A stretch of DNA of 63,407 nucleotides, counting the filler, from Pelomyxa schiedti (Eukaryota > Protista > Evosea): NCBI GenBank assembly GCA_020536535.1. It is 11 parts of 11 records of this genome, joined end to end, with 100 filler letters (N's around TTAATTAATTAA, not from the genome) between each part and the next. Parts side by side here need not be neighbours in the genome. Positions count along the whole stretch, not along the records: positions 18,906 to 33,383 come from JAHLWZ010000527.1; positions 33,484 to 41,397 come from JAHLWZ010000156.1; 9 more parts are not named here. The stretch is one strand, 5' to 3'. Positions within the stretch are counted from its first letter, which is position 1; every line of letters starts with the position of its first letter. The position numbers and the translations under genes are program-made. Below are positions 24,301 through 38,640 of this stretch, in pieces. The notes beneath the pieces are model-generated. The model ran no database searches. It worked only from the letters and a program-made list of their open reading frames with translations, and had not been told where the DNA came from.

Positions 24301-25520
24301 CGCAGTGAGGTTGATGCATTTGCCTTTAAGAGCATTATTCATGATCAGCTCTTGGACAGCACCCCAGTTCCTCAGATGAATCCACCTTTGTGCTGCATGC
24401 TCCACAATTTGTTCACAATGATTAAGGTGGCTGTCTCCCTCATGCAAATAGTCTTTCGTATGCTCCAAATCAGCCTGAGAGTAGCCAACCAATTGCAATA
24501 AAGCACGAACATTTGATGGGCTCATGTCAGAGATATCTATTGTTGTTGCAGATGGTGACAGTAGTGACGGCTCTGCACTCTGTGGCATTGCACAGGCGAG
24601 TTCTTAATGAGTTGAGAAAATTGCGTAATAAGCTTGGGATCATAACTATTCCCGGAGGTCTCTAATATAGCATGTACCAGTCCCATTAAGCTCTCTCTTA
24701 CAGACTTTTGATCCCAGTTGATAATTTTGTGTACGCACAGCTGCGTAAATAGCAAAGACAGTGAATAAATTACAGTGGAATTAATTACTCATATTATTTC
24801 TTAGTCTCATAAAAGGAATAGAAGAAAATATAAACAAACCAAAAATGCTGCTCCTAACACTGAGCCACCCCCTGTTGGCAGGTAATCCTTCACGAAATAC
24901 GGGCGGCCCCAGTTCACTAGCAGAACGTTCTTACTCCACGTGTGCCTCAGTGACTGCGCCGAGGTGTTCGCAGCACACACGTGGCCATAGAGCCGGGCCA
25001 AGGTCGCATCCACTCTCAAGCAGAACCTTATAGAAGGCTCCTCACACACAGCCAGAATCACACACTTATCAATTCCAGCAGCACCCCCTTCCTCACTGAC
25101 CACGTCACTTTCTTTGCCAACCACCGCCATTCTCATTCTCATTCTCATTCTCACCCTGACTTGTTGTTGTTGTTGTGGGTTATGAGCAAAATTGGTTGCA
25201 CTGCCAGTGGACACGTGCCCACCTAGCCCATAATCTGGGTTAGGCCAGTCAACCGCGGCCGTAACTGTGCGCACGCCCTCACACGTCTCGAGGCCCACCG
25301 CGCAACCGGCCAGGGCCAGCGCCGGCACCAGTTCGCTGCGCAACTCGTCGCCAATGACGAGGCACGTGACCGTCGGCACGTCCTCCTCGTCGCCGCCTAC
25401 TACTACCGCCGCGGAGCCGCGCAAGCCCGACGACGTCGACGTCGACGCTGCTGTTGTTGTTGTTTGGCAGGAGGATGGGGAGGGGGCATTCGCGTTGGTT
25501 GATGTTTCGTTGTTGGGCAT
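21366..25520 (-). CDS. Degenerate Roco-family protein (short LRR, Roc, COR, kinase-like) with N-terminal extension
   Basis: LRRs (INLTALSMGSIP, LDLRGNNITWLP); Roc-like KMILVGEPNEAKAAFL, TVWNLG|G, FVVFFD, LSFWL; COR-like FLADTGAITY...VVLQPSW; kinase C-lobe VAQAINYLH, DVWNFGML and CCW.ANPTARPSM. Confidence 0.75.
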
Positions 25521-25674
25521 CGAGACGATTTTTTGTTGTTTAGAGAGCAAAACAAATTTGGAGTTGATTTACTGGAATCCTTTTTTTGAATGCCCTTCCA
25601 TTGTTCTGGTGTCATGACAACTAGTAGGGGGGGTGTTGGTGGCAGACCGCGATTGTGGGTTTTGTTGGTGGTGG

Positions 25675-26779
25675 TTAGGAGGAGCCTCCCTTTGCGGCTT
25701 TTTCGGCCTTTCTGCGGAGGTAGCTCTTCTCAACATCTGGTGTTTGATGATGCGTTGTTGTTAGAGTGGAGTGAGGAGTATTGTTTGTTGGGTGTGGTTT
25801 GTGGGGAGACATACGGTCCATGAGGTTCTTGACCTGCTCTTCAAAGTAGGCTTTGAAGGATGGGTCGGCACCAAGAAGCCTTTATTGTACATCCGTGAGC
25901 TGTATACAGAAAAATGAAGGGAAGGGAACTCAAACCTGTGGAAGAAAAGTGTTATATCCTGTTGTCCACTGGTTGCCTTCTGGATGTCCAACAAGTAGTG
26001 AATAACCTGGGCGTTCCTTATGAAACGGTGGGAGATAGCGCGAGGGTGTGTCCCGAAAACAAGGTAACCTACACCGGAAGAATCGCGTTATTTGTTGTGA
26101 ATGAAGGTGAGGTCAGGGAATTAGTGGTAGAAAGGAAGGGAAAAGATGAAGCAACAACAAACCCTTTTCGAACAAGCTATCGCATACGTTTTGTTTAATC
26201 AAGTGAGGGTGCCTTTGCAGATAGTCTCGGCACTCCTCGTAGCCATCACAATCAACAAATCCGGCAACCTGAGGCNNNNNNNNNNNNNNNNNNNNNNNNN
26301 NNNNNNNNNNNNNNNNNNNNNNNNNNNNNNNNNNNNNNNNNNNNNNNNNNNNNNNNNNNNNNNNNNNNNNNNNNNCAACAAACCCTTTTCGAACAAGCTA
26401 TCGCATACGTTTTGTTTAATCAAGTGAGGGTGCCTTTGCAGATAGTCTCGGCACTCCTCGTAGCCATCACAATCAACAAATCCGGCAACCTGAGGCAGTG
26501 TTGACACGTCAATTGAATGCGAAGAGCGCGCTCCACTACTACTAATATGTAGTGTAGTGTTTTTTTATTGAATAGCTATGTAAAAAACAACTAACTTCAA
26601 AGAGAGAGTCGAAAAAAAAGACTATGCGTAGCCATTCACACACACAACACCAACACCAACAGGAATGACCAATTTGACCACGCAGCAACGATCTAAGAAT
26701 CGTCTACCTCGTCCACCGTCCTCTCGTCTAGTGAATCTGACGCTAACGTAGATCCTCCCGCCGGCATCGTCGCTGCCAT
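25675..26779 (-). CDS. Small protein resembling the Cdc37 middle (Hsp90-binding) domain
   Basis: Spliced segments GYEECRDYLQRHPHLI, RFIRNAQVIHYLLDIQK...LFFHR and FKAYFEEQVKNLMDR match the helix pattern of Cdc37_M. Recognised by eye only. Confidence 0.55.
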
Positions 26780-27026
26780 TGCGAAGGTTCTTTCTTCGTG
26801 TTTTTTTCTTTTTGAAATTGATGGTCTGATGGCCTGAATGGGGAAAAAACTGTCTGAGGAAGTGTTTCGTCGAAAATCAAGATTGGTCTGATCGTCGACT
26901 ACAAACCCTGGTGCTTTTTGATTCGGGTGCGCTACTTTATATTTTTATGTTTGTGTGTAGTGTGAAGTTTACTGCCACTGTGAATAGGGCGGATTTGTCT
27001 AAGTTGTTGGATTTTGTTTTTGTAGC

Positions 27027-30000
27027 CTATGCCAAGTAGTCATACATATTGGGGTTACTTGGGTCTCTTTCTAGCTGTTGTTGTGTGAGTATGCTTGTTT
27101 GTTTATTTCGCATGTGCGTGGGATTATCGCGGTAATTTGTAGTAGTGTTAGTGTGGTCGTGGTACGTACATAATCCCGTTCAATGAGTGACTCGATCCGC
27201 TTTTTGAGGTCTCCCGTCTGGTGTACAGGTTAGTTGGAAATTGGAATTCTGAAGAAATATACATCAACAGGGAAGCTCAGTTGCTTGTAGAGTTCACTGA
27301 TTAGCTGTGTGTGTGATAGTTGTTTTCTGGTCTTCATGATGCGGACTATGGCCGCATCTATTTGGTACTGCCGGTCATGAAAAACACTCTCCTTTGTTTT
27401 AGAATTCTCCTCCACCTTCAAGCGCTTAGCTTATTTCAGAAAATTAGGATCATACAGTTTCTTGCATCTGAATTGAATTGATTTTCACTCGCACCATTTT
27501 CGATTTGAAGTCTGCGTTGTATGTGTATATTTCCTCTTTTCCCAGTACTTTACTCTATTTGGAACAGTGAGCTAGTGTTGACGAGTTTAGGAACTGACTT
27601 ACGTTGCAAAAAAGGAGTTTGGCTGACACAAGGGACTGCATTGTCTTCTTAAGTTCTTCTTCCTCTTTTTTATGAAAAGAAGGGCCTTAGACACAAGAAA
27701 GGGAGCCAGAAGAATACCAAGTGAAGTTGAGGAAGATATTTCCGGGTATGACAACTTATCGGCCGTATTGAATAGTAACAGAACCACTGACTGGAACATA
27801 GAAACAATCAAATCTCTCCGGGCCTGCTGAGCTTAAACAAGGGGGAAAATGGTATAAATGTACCTTGTAATTGGCTTTCAGTAAAGCCGAACCCATGCTG
27901 TTACAAAATTGCAGTTTTCTGCTGCTGAACTTATTCAAATAAAAGGCCTTGAAATGCTCTTGCAATTCGGATATCTGAAAAACCGTCGGTATCAATCCAA
28001 CTGTGGTTGTTTTACAAGGGTCGTACCGCACTTGGTAAAGTGATCTCATACGATGGGGTTGCAGGCCAGAAAGCCTGGGTGAGAACAAATACGTTAAGAT
28101 CCACCCCAGGACATATCCACTACGGGTGTTAGAATATTGAATTGAAGGCTTGTTTGTTCACAAACCTTAGCATGTTCATCACTACAAGTCTTTTTATATT
28201 GCCCAAGGAGGTCATTTGATAGGTCAATGTCTTTGAACATGCCTTCCAATTTACAAGTAAAACTGCTACCGCACTCTAGTTGCAGTTAAACGAGACAAAC
28301 AAAAGGAGGAAGTAGTAGTCTACCCGCTTTCAACTTGGAAATGACCATCTTCTCACAATCCATATCAGCAGACTTGGAGATTAATAACCGTTTTGCAAGA
28401 TGTGTCTTGTAGAACGCTTCAAAAACATCTTTTCCATGAATCAATCTGAAAAGCGAAATCGCATGATCGACAACGATCTCAACTTGATCCCAGCCATTCC
28501 CTGGTTTGTTTTTGTTTTGCAGTTGTTCATCTATGTATTTTGCTGAATGTGCGATTAGAATGAAGTATGTAAGTTTGATAACTTGCATATCATCTCTGCG
28601 GGCTTATTTTTGCGAGAATTAATTACATGCTCGAAGGAATCCTGGCATGGATATAAGTTTGAAAAAGGAGAAACTGTTGCAATACCTTGAGGGAATTCTG
28701 GAACTGATCGTTCTTTTCAAAACCGAAATCTATTGTTTTATCCAAACGAGTCTTCAGACCAATTAGATCAGCTACCATCGTTCTTTCCCGTGAGGCATCT
28801 TGCACAATTTCATTTCCACATTCTTTGCAGTATTCTCCAAATGACTTCCGCAGTGACTGAAGTTCCCCAACTTCAGACAATAATGTGTATAGACGGTGCA
28901 AGTCAGAATGTCTCTCTCCAATAAGTAAATTCCTAAAACCTTGGGTTCTTTAACTTTGACCACACTGAAGGATAACTACCTTTGGATAGCATTTCCGCCG
29001 TATGGTCTTTTATGAGCCTTTGTCTCAAAGTTAAGGTCAGATGCGGCTTCGTGTGCAACATGAGGTAATTGTCCACTCTCTCACATTCACTTCTTAGGAT
29101 ACCATCAACCCATTTTAGGTACTCAGCAAGATCAATTGATTGTATGTGCTGCGAACTGGAGTCCTCATAGTAGTCTTCTGTTTCCTAAAGAAGTAAGGTT
29201 TACCTTTGTTGTACAAGAAAAACCTTCAGGAAAGGCGGTTCGAATTCAGTGCGGTACAGATCGATATCAGCGTACATTCTAATGACACGTGACAACAAGA
29301 CACAGTCAATGACATCGCCGTTTCTTTCACTTTTTATGACTGCAAGCAGTCCCTCCAGCAAACTCGATTTTATAGTCGTATTTTCAGCAATGTTTTGTTT
29401 CCAATGATGAAGTCCCATATCTCTGAGATCAGTTAGGGAAAAAAGGCCGATGGAGAGGGAGGACCTGAGAGAGTACACTCCGTGGGTTTGTAATGCATAT
29501 GTGCGGTCCATGTACAAAAAAATTTGTCTGATAAGATGCTACATTATTGAGACCACAACACTTTTCTTTGAGAATAAGAATACCATTTGATTGCAAAAGG
29601 CCTCCCATATAGACTTAAATGATTGTAAAAACTGGAACTGAGATTTCGTTTGGATGTCCCTGAGTCCAAATCATCCAAAACACATTGTGGAAAGAAAGTA
29701 TACCGTATGATGAGGCCTGGCAATGTCTGTGCGTGCTTGCTACATTGCTCTTCTAGCCTGGAATACAAAGTCGCTGCACGCTTCAATGTACACAGATCTT
29801 CCACACCCTAAATTTATCTTGGACTTGGAAACATCACAAAAAACCCGGCAATACTTTATAAAGCTCTTCATAAGAGGCAGGTGTAGAGGTAGAGTGATGT
29901 ATTGCCTTCACTGCAGTCATCAGCTTTTTAATTGTATCACCTTCAAAATCGCTGGGAGCACTGGGTGGAACTGAAAAAGTAGTGTAAGAAACGAGATAGA

Positions 30001-30877
30001 TACAAACTGGAGGGAGTGGCAAGCATACACCTTTGAACCCCTTGAACACAAATTTCTTTGGTCCCGCATTTAGAGGTGGTACAATACCAACAGGCTGTTG
30101 TTTGCTTTGAGGCTTTTTGTGCGCCGTTGTGCCGTTGGCATTCGCACCTCCGCTTTTCAGTGCAGCTTCTGAGTTGGCGTTGTCCTCGGTGGTCAAGTGG
30201 AACGCATCATACTCCGCTATTTTGTGCTTCAGCCGATCAATCTCCTGCTTCCTGCCACCTCCACCACCACCAACGACGCCGCCGTTGCCGTTAGTAGTAG
30301 ACGTAGTAGTCGCGGTTGTTGTACTAGTAGTAGTCGAAGAACCAACTGCGGGCGACAAGTGGACGCCGCGTATCGCCGTTTGGAGTGATGACGTAGCAGT
30401 CGTCGTAACAACCAACCTGGGCTTCTTTGGCAGCGACGGCTGCGATTCCGCCGCCGCGGCCGACGACGACGACGAAATAGATGTAGCCGACGAGGCGTTT
30501 TCTTTCGCCGGTCTACGCCGATCCGTCGCCACCGCTTCCGCCTCCGCTTCCACTTCCATGCCTCTTTCTGTAGCTTTTCTTCTGTCGCGGTTTCCTACGT
30601 CGCCGTCGTCGCCGTCGCCTTCGGCTTCGTCGTCGTCGCTGGACAGCACGGTGACGGCGATCGGGGCGTGCGATTCTGCCCGGGGCGGACGCGGCGACGG
30701 CGACGAAGATGGAGATGGCGTGTCGTTGTTGCCCCCGCTGCGCGGTCGCTTGTGCCCCGCTACGCACACGGCAGATCCGCCTACGTTTTTATGTTGGTGC
30801 TGTTGTTGTGTGGCTGTGGTCTTGTTGTTGCTGCTGCTGTTGTTGTCGGCGGACGATGACTTGTGGTTGTTCTTCAT
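27027..30877 (-). CDS. CUL4: Cullin-4
   Basis: [10 protein letters not shown]...YEELYK|[57 protein letters not shown] (neddylation site) and [14 protein letters not shown]...Y.YLA stop. [11 protein letters not shown] and the N-terminal basic motif indicate CUL4. Confidence 0.93.
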
Positions 30878-31234
30878 TAATGCGCGTGCGATAGCGACAC
30901 GCAGATCGCAAATGTGCGGAGATTGGAAATGTTTCTGATGAGGGCACCTTCTGGGAAGACTGTTCGCAGTTTCCAAGGGGCTCGGGTTGTCAACCGTTGA
31001 CAACAACACGTGACCAACTTGGCGCGCAGCCAGCTCCTTTGGGCTTCTAACAACAACTACTGTGGCAGACACCAGTGTCAGAAGTGGCAATGGTGATGCC
31101 ACAGCAAATTAACACCAAAATGGTTCTTGTGACTTCTGCTGAAGGTGAACCCCAGATGACCTTGCCCCGTGGCCCTGTGGAGGGCGCCAGCCGCTGCGTG
31201 GTTGACCAGGATGGGGTTCTTGGCTCTGTTTCCT

Positions 31235-31465
31235 TGTGCCTTGCAGCCCTTGCATTGGCGATGGTGTGGATGGGGAGGAGGCGTATCTTCTGTTGTACAG
31301 CTTGGGCAAGAGGTTTTCTGGAGGGCGCTGGTACAGGGTTCCACTGGCCTGTGTGGTGTAGAGAGTGTTACCAGCTCCATCAATCGTGGTGATCGACATC
31401 GAGAAGACCCTCAGGTGTTCTCAGCATCACATCGTGCACAACACCATCAAATGTTCTTGGACTCC
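31235..31465 (+). pseudogene. Degraded partial copy of the adjacent family gene
   Basis: Nucleotide match to about 32400-32690 (TGGATGGGGAGGAGG, TACAGGGTTCCACTGG, GGTGATCGACATC.AGAAGACCCTCA, GTGCACAACACCATCAA) with internal deletions. Confidence 0.8.
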
Positions 31466-31594
31466 TTGGCTAGGCGCCCGAATAAATAGAGATTCACCGT
31501 TTCAAACAGATCATAACGGTCGTTAGATTGAGCTATTTGGTATTGTGGGAAAAGCTAAGTCCGCTATTACTCGTGTAGTGGAGAGTCCATTGAA

Positions 31595-33223
<1,629 letters not shown>

Positions 33224-33483
33224 GGTTTAAGTCGTGATTCTAAGGTCGGAGTGTGTCGGGCCTATAAGGACTCGAAAACGACTTGAAATCGAGGTGAACG
33301 ATCAGGTAGATTTCCGCGAACTTGATTTCCTAAGATGTCAGGTCCGAGTGCTGACTCAGCAGGTCAGTCTCTCAGTCTCGGCGNNNNNNNNNNNNNNNNN
33401 NNNNNNNNNNNNNNNNNNNNNNNNNNNTTAATTAATTAANNNNNNNNNNNNNNNNNNNNNNNNNNNNNNNNNNNNNNNNNNNN

Positions 33484-34096
33484 TGATTGATGAACCCAAG
33501 GACACCCTACTGGTACGCAGAAAGGGGCTTTGGAAGGTCGATACAGGGAGCTGTGGTACAGATGAATGTGTTGACTTTGTTACCTTAGGCCAAATAAGTG
33601 TGTTTCCGCTTTCCTTTTGGAGAGCCAGTAGCGCTCGAAAAGAAGATGGTAAACCCACTTATTTGCTTTTGTCTCTAACTTTCACTGCAGGAATATATAC
33701 TTTTCTGTGCCCCGAGGAGTTCCCATACTGGAATAGCAAGGAACTTATGGAGTTCCTGACCCACATTTCCAAGACGGGCACTGGAAGCAATACCAAATAA
33801 TTCAAGGTCCTGAGATATTGAGCCACTGTCCAGTGGCGTTTTTGTACACGATAGATCCCCCGTATACTGGTATTTGCACAGCGCGTTCTAATGCTTACCC
33901 TGAGAACTTTCAACACCTACTGAGCCCAACCACCCTCTGCCACCTCCATGTGCAGACAAGTCTAACAAAACCACCGGCCCGTCAGAAACAGGTATAAATC
34001 AATAACAGATTGACAAAAACACTTACCGAACAAAATACAAAGCTCAAGTTGCTTCCCTGCCACTGAAGCGAGCGTTGGAACCAACACAACCCATTG
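33484..34096 (+). repeat. Deleted direct duplicate of 37752-38566
   Basis: Near-identical sequence from TGATTGATGAACCCAAGG to AACACAACCCATTG, lacking about 37891-38063 and smaller segments. Confidence 0.92.
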
Positions 34097-35499
34097 NNNN
34101 NNNNNNNNNNNNNNNNNNNNNNNNNNNNNNNNNNNNNNNNNNNNNNNNNNNNNNNNNNNNNNNNNNNNNNNNNNNNNNNNNNNNNNNNNNNNNNNNCATA
34201 AGAACGTACGCTATCATAGACTTATGGTCTGCTTGGAGTCTTTTTTTGTGAGTGTAGTTGGGAATAGCTGGGAATACCCCAGAGCCCTGGGAAGTGTTCA
34301 CCCTCCCTCCCCTCGTTTGCCAAGTACGCTTTGCCCATAGCAATTAGTTGTTGAAGTGAAGGTGTGAGTATCAGCATCCTCTCTGGGTCCGTGATCCCTA
34401 TGATCCACAACCGTGACTCAGGGGAGCTTTCAGCATAGATCAAAACCAGTTCTCCAACCTGAATGCGAACATTTGCAGGGGTTCTGGGTGTACGCCGCGT
34501 TGGGGGAATTTGAAGAGGCAAGCGTTTTCTCTTTATCTGAAGAAAAGTGAGTTTTCGTTGTAGCACCTGGATATTTCAGCTGGCCAACTTTCCGAGACTC
34601 GGCTGCTTATGGGCTCAATATCTCTGGAGGGCACGCCTGTGAAATCGATTTGCCTCGCAACCGTCACTATATTCTCGTTGACCATCCTCGTTTCGTTCTA
34701 GGCGTACAATCTCGCTCATAAGGTTTTTCATTGTATTGAATGGAACCTCCTCAGGGCAAGCAATCCCATACACAGTGTACCACAAGCACTGGTAGGTCTT
34801 TTTGGCTTCTGTGCACTTCATGGCAGTGCGGAGTTCTGCTGTTGGGTAATTGAAGTGCGACTCCATTACTGTTCTGTGAGTGCTATTGTAATCAAACGAA
34901 CCTTAACAACTGACTGAAGCACATTTTGTTGTCAGACTGGGAAGTGAATAGCAGTTACACATGTAACCTTGTGCGGCTCGCAAGAAACACAGCAGAAATA
35001 AAATTACCTGCTACAAGAAATGTCTGTCTCTTAGGCAAAAACAGGAGATGTTGCCCAGAGTGTTTTATACCCGGATTTCCCAAACTGTTTACAATTGATT
35101 CACTTATTAGGGGTGTTTGAAAATAGTAAAAGCATACCCACATGGAGGAAATGAATAGGAACTTCCAGTTTAATCGCCTTTTAGAAGGTCTTATGTATCA
35201 GGTTGCATTAATTCAAAGTTATATGATACCCTCTTCAGTGCAGCTTTGTAGTTAAACCAACATAGAAGGAATCCCCACGCAATATCCTCAAGAATAGCAA
35301 GTTTTGTTTTTCGAAACTTGGTACCCGTAATGCGAGTAGACGTTCCTTTTTGCCTCCCATGAGTATGTTCGTGGTTGTTGCGGTGTGGTGCCACACAACA
35401 TCTGATGAGTGGCGTGATTTTTTTTTCTTTTTCGAGGTGCTGTGACCGTCCCTCTAGCCGCGACAATACGAACAAACAACAAACAAAAAACAAAAAAAA

Positions 35500-38400
35500 A
35501 TGGATGCGACGCCTAAAGAATATTTTCCGCGCCGAACCGTTGGACCAACTGTATCGTTGGGCGAACAATACTCCAGAAGTACCCCTCCCTCCTGCTCATG
35601 ACGAATTTTCGATCCCTCTTGAAGAGCTCACGCTTCTCATCTGCCATGGGAGAGCTTTGGCTTCGTTTTTTAGCTCTGCTGCGAAAAACGATGGCCTCTA
35701 TCACACGGCGAAGAGCCTAGGAGAGCAAGTGTCCGGCGTGATTCCTGACACTGAGAAAACGAGGGCGTTTTTTGAAGGATTGTGGAGTACCAAAATCCTT
35801 GACAATGTGCGGAAATTGAACAAGGAAGCTCAATTCCTCCTAGCTTTGTGTTATCTCTTCCGAGAGAACAGCACAGGACATCCTTTTATGCAAAATACTG
35901 GCTTCCCTGCACCTGGGAAGGGACTCCTTTGGAATCAATTTTCCTCCTCGAATACAAAACCATCTTCTTCGACCCCCGAGCCTCGCTCTCAGCTATTTTA
36001 CCCGCCAGCCAAAGTAGACTTTTCAAGTGTGGCGTGTTCTTACACGCCAACTGAGAGCAGATTCTGGAACGAGGATAAGTGCCCGGCGAATCCCATGGAA
36101 GTTCTGATAAAAACTACAGAACTAAACGAACTTGTCCAATACCTCGGCACTTACAAAAAGACTCCCATAGATAAAAGCCAAATCTTTGTGGTTAGTGGTA
36201 ATGAAGACCCTCTCTTCCTCCCGAACATGGAAGTAATTAAATAAAAACAGGCGACCATGCCGATCGCAGTCAGAACGTGAATGCCCTCGTGGAACAAATG
36301 AATCTCAATAACACCAAGACCAGCTGCCTCAACGTTTCTTTCTCGAGCATTGTGCAAAATCATGGTTACGACCTTCTTTGTATCTTTCTAAATCTCTAAT
36401 CATTTTGAAGACACGAATGCACCTTTGGTAGATCCTGACTGTCTCACCTCAAATATCATACACATTTCGAATGTGTATGATAGTGGTAAAACGTTTAGTG
36501 ATAGACTCAGGTGTGAACTAAACACGATTTACAACCAAAGCTTGACCGTTACCACTTCAGTAAAATTCAAGAATTTACTCAAAGAGCAGTAGTTATTATC
36601 TCTATGGATAATGCATGTCTTCTGAATACACTTTCCTGGGATTTCAGCTTCTTGCTTCTTCACTTCCTCTTCTCTCTTAGCTTCTTCTATCCTCTTCTCT
36701 TCTTCCCTTTTCCCATTTTCTTCCTCTCGCCGTGCTTCTACCTCACCGCAACTGGAGTCTTGCCTACTTTCCAATCAGGGCTTCACACATACACTGGTTT
36801 GTGAACTTTAGTACAAACATAAGGTTAAGTTGCTTGCTTAAAATAATCCGTGCAGGACCCAATAGTAACTCCAGAAGTTGCATATAAAACATTGTTGCAT
36901 TTCTTTTCGGTGAAACCTGGTTACACTTTATTTGGCTCTTCAGAAGCCACAATCGAGCGGATCATGAAGGTAGTAGGTGCCTGTCTTGCGGGTCCTCCTT
37001 TTCTTATGCGGCGATTTTTGGACTTGTACTGATTCTCAAACTGATTTATTCCCTTTTCTAAATCACAACAGGGCTAAACAATACTCCTCTGGCAATTCCA
37101 TCCCTCCTTTCCTGCTGCATCTGGTAATTAAAGTCTGGTCCGAAGCATTTGACAAGTGCCTTACCATTTTTCTTGTATTTACGTTAAAGTGTTATCTTTA
37201 GATATGATATTGAAAGTTGCAAGCAATGGGCTTATGAACTGCGAAAGCGGTTTCGTGATACACCCAATGCATCATGGTACACCAGTCAAGTAGTTTCCCT
37301 TGAAAAATACACTTGTACGTGCTTTTTTTTCTCCCAAACTCAGCACAAAATGACGCTATGTGCAGGGCCCAAGCAGCTACTTTCAACCGGGGCAGCAATA
37401 CTAAACAAGCAAAACTTCTGCCGCCTTATCCCGTTAAATGATACCATATGTGCGTCAATTCCGTTCCCATTCACTTCCTTTACAAATGAACCCGGGTCCA
37501 TTTTCATTGAGGTTAGCAAGCACTTTTCCTTTGAAACGTGTAACTTTTTTTTTATATAGAGTGTGCAAAATTTTGATGCCTGGATGAAATCTAATAAGGG
37601 AAATGAATTCGAAATCATTATAGCCAATGCGCTTGCTGATCCTTGTGGCATATTACTTTGTCAGATCTATCGTAATATCATCTAAGAAATAGATCAATTT
37701 CTCAAGTAAAAATTTTAGATTTAAATCCTGGGTGGGAGAGTTTTAACTCCGTGATTGATGAACCCAAGGACACCCTACTGGTACGCAGAAAGGGGCTTTG
37801 GAAGGTCGATACAGGGAGCTGTGGTACAGATGAATGTGTTGACTTTGTTACCTTAGGCCAAATAAGTGTGTTCCCGCTTTCCTTTTGGAGTCACCAAAAC
37901 TAAAAAAAAAAAAAAAGGAAAGAAGATAGCTGCACACAATCTCCCTAAATTGATATTGCGTAAGATCCTTTGTTTTTCTCCTCAACTGATCTCGTTATAG
38001 ATTATATACAGATCGCCTCTGGAAGGGTATTAAAAATGGCAGATAAATGCCTGGATTTTTGGAGAGCCAGTAGCGCTCGAAAAGAAGATGGTCAACCCAC
38101 TTATTTGCTTTTGTCTCTAACTTTCACTGCAGGAATATATACTTTTCTGTGCCCCGAGGAGTTCCCATACTGGAATAGCAAGGAACTTATGGAGTTCCTG
38201 ACCCGCCCACATTTCCAAGACGGGCACTGGAAGCAATACCAAATAATTCAAGGTCCTGTGAGCCACTGTCCAGTGGCGTTTTTGTACACGATAGATCCCC
38301 CTGGAGGGCCGTATACTGGTATTTGCACAGCGCGTTCTAATGCTTACCCTGTGAACTTTCAACACCTTCCATCTGCTTCTAGTCACTCTACTGAGCCCAA

Positions 38401-38640
38401 CCACCCTCTGCCACCTCCATGTACAGACAAGTCTAACAAAACTACTGGCCCGTCAGAAACAGGTATAAATCAATAACAGATTGACAAAAACACTTACCGA
38501 ACAAAATACAAAGCTCAAGTTGCTTCCCTGCCACTGAAGCGAGCGTTGGAACCAACACAACCCATTGAAACTCCTGAAACCCCAAAGAGCCCTAATGCCA
38601 AAAAACAACGAAACAACAAGAATCTTCCGGCTCATACTGC
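35500..38640 (+). CDS. Probable multi-exon hypothetical gene or pseudogene (possibly degenerate NTPase plus restriction-endonuclease-like fold)
   Basis: Long first ORF (MRRLKN...), then co-oriented exon-like segments with GT-AG boundaries: IFVVS|GDH, AVVIISMDNA, CLAGPPFLMRRF, KGNEFEIIIANAL, CVDFV and DYIQIASG. Some stops could not be spliced out. Confidence 0.4.

Noticed and set aside
33484-38566. LTR pair enclosing a retroelement
   Set aside because: The repeats are coding-like, lack TG...CA ends, are bounded by gaps, and no gag/pol lies between them.
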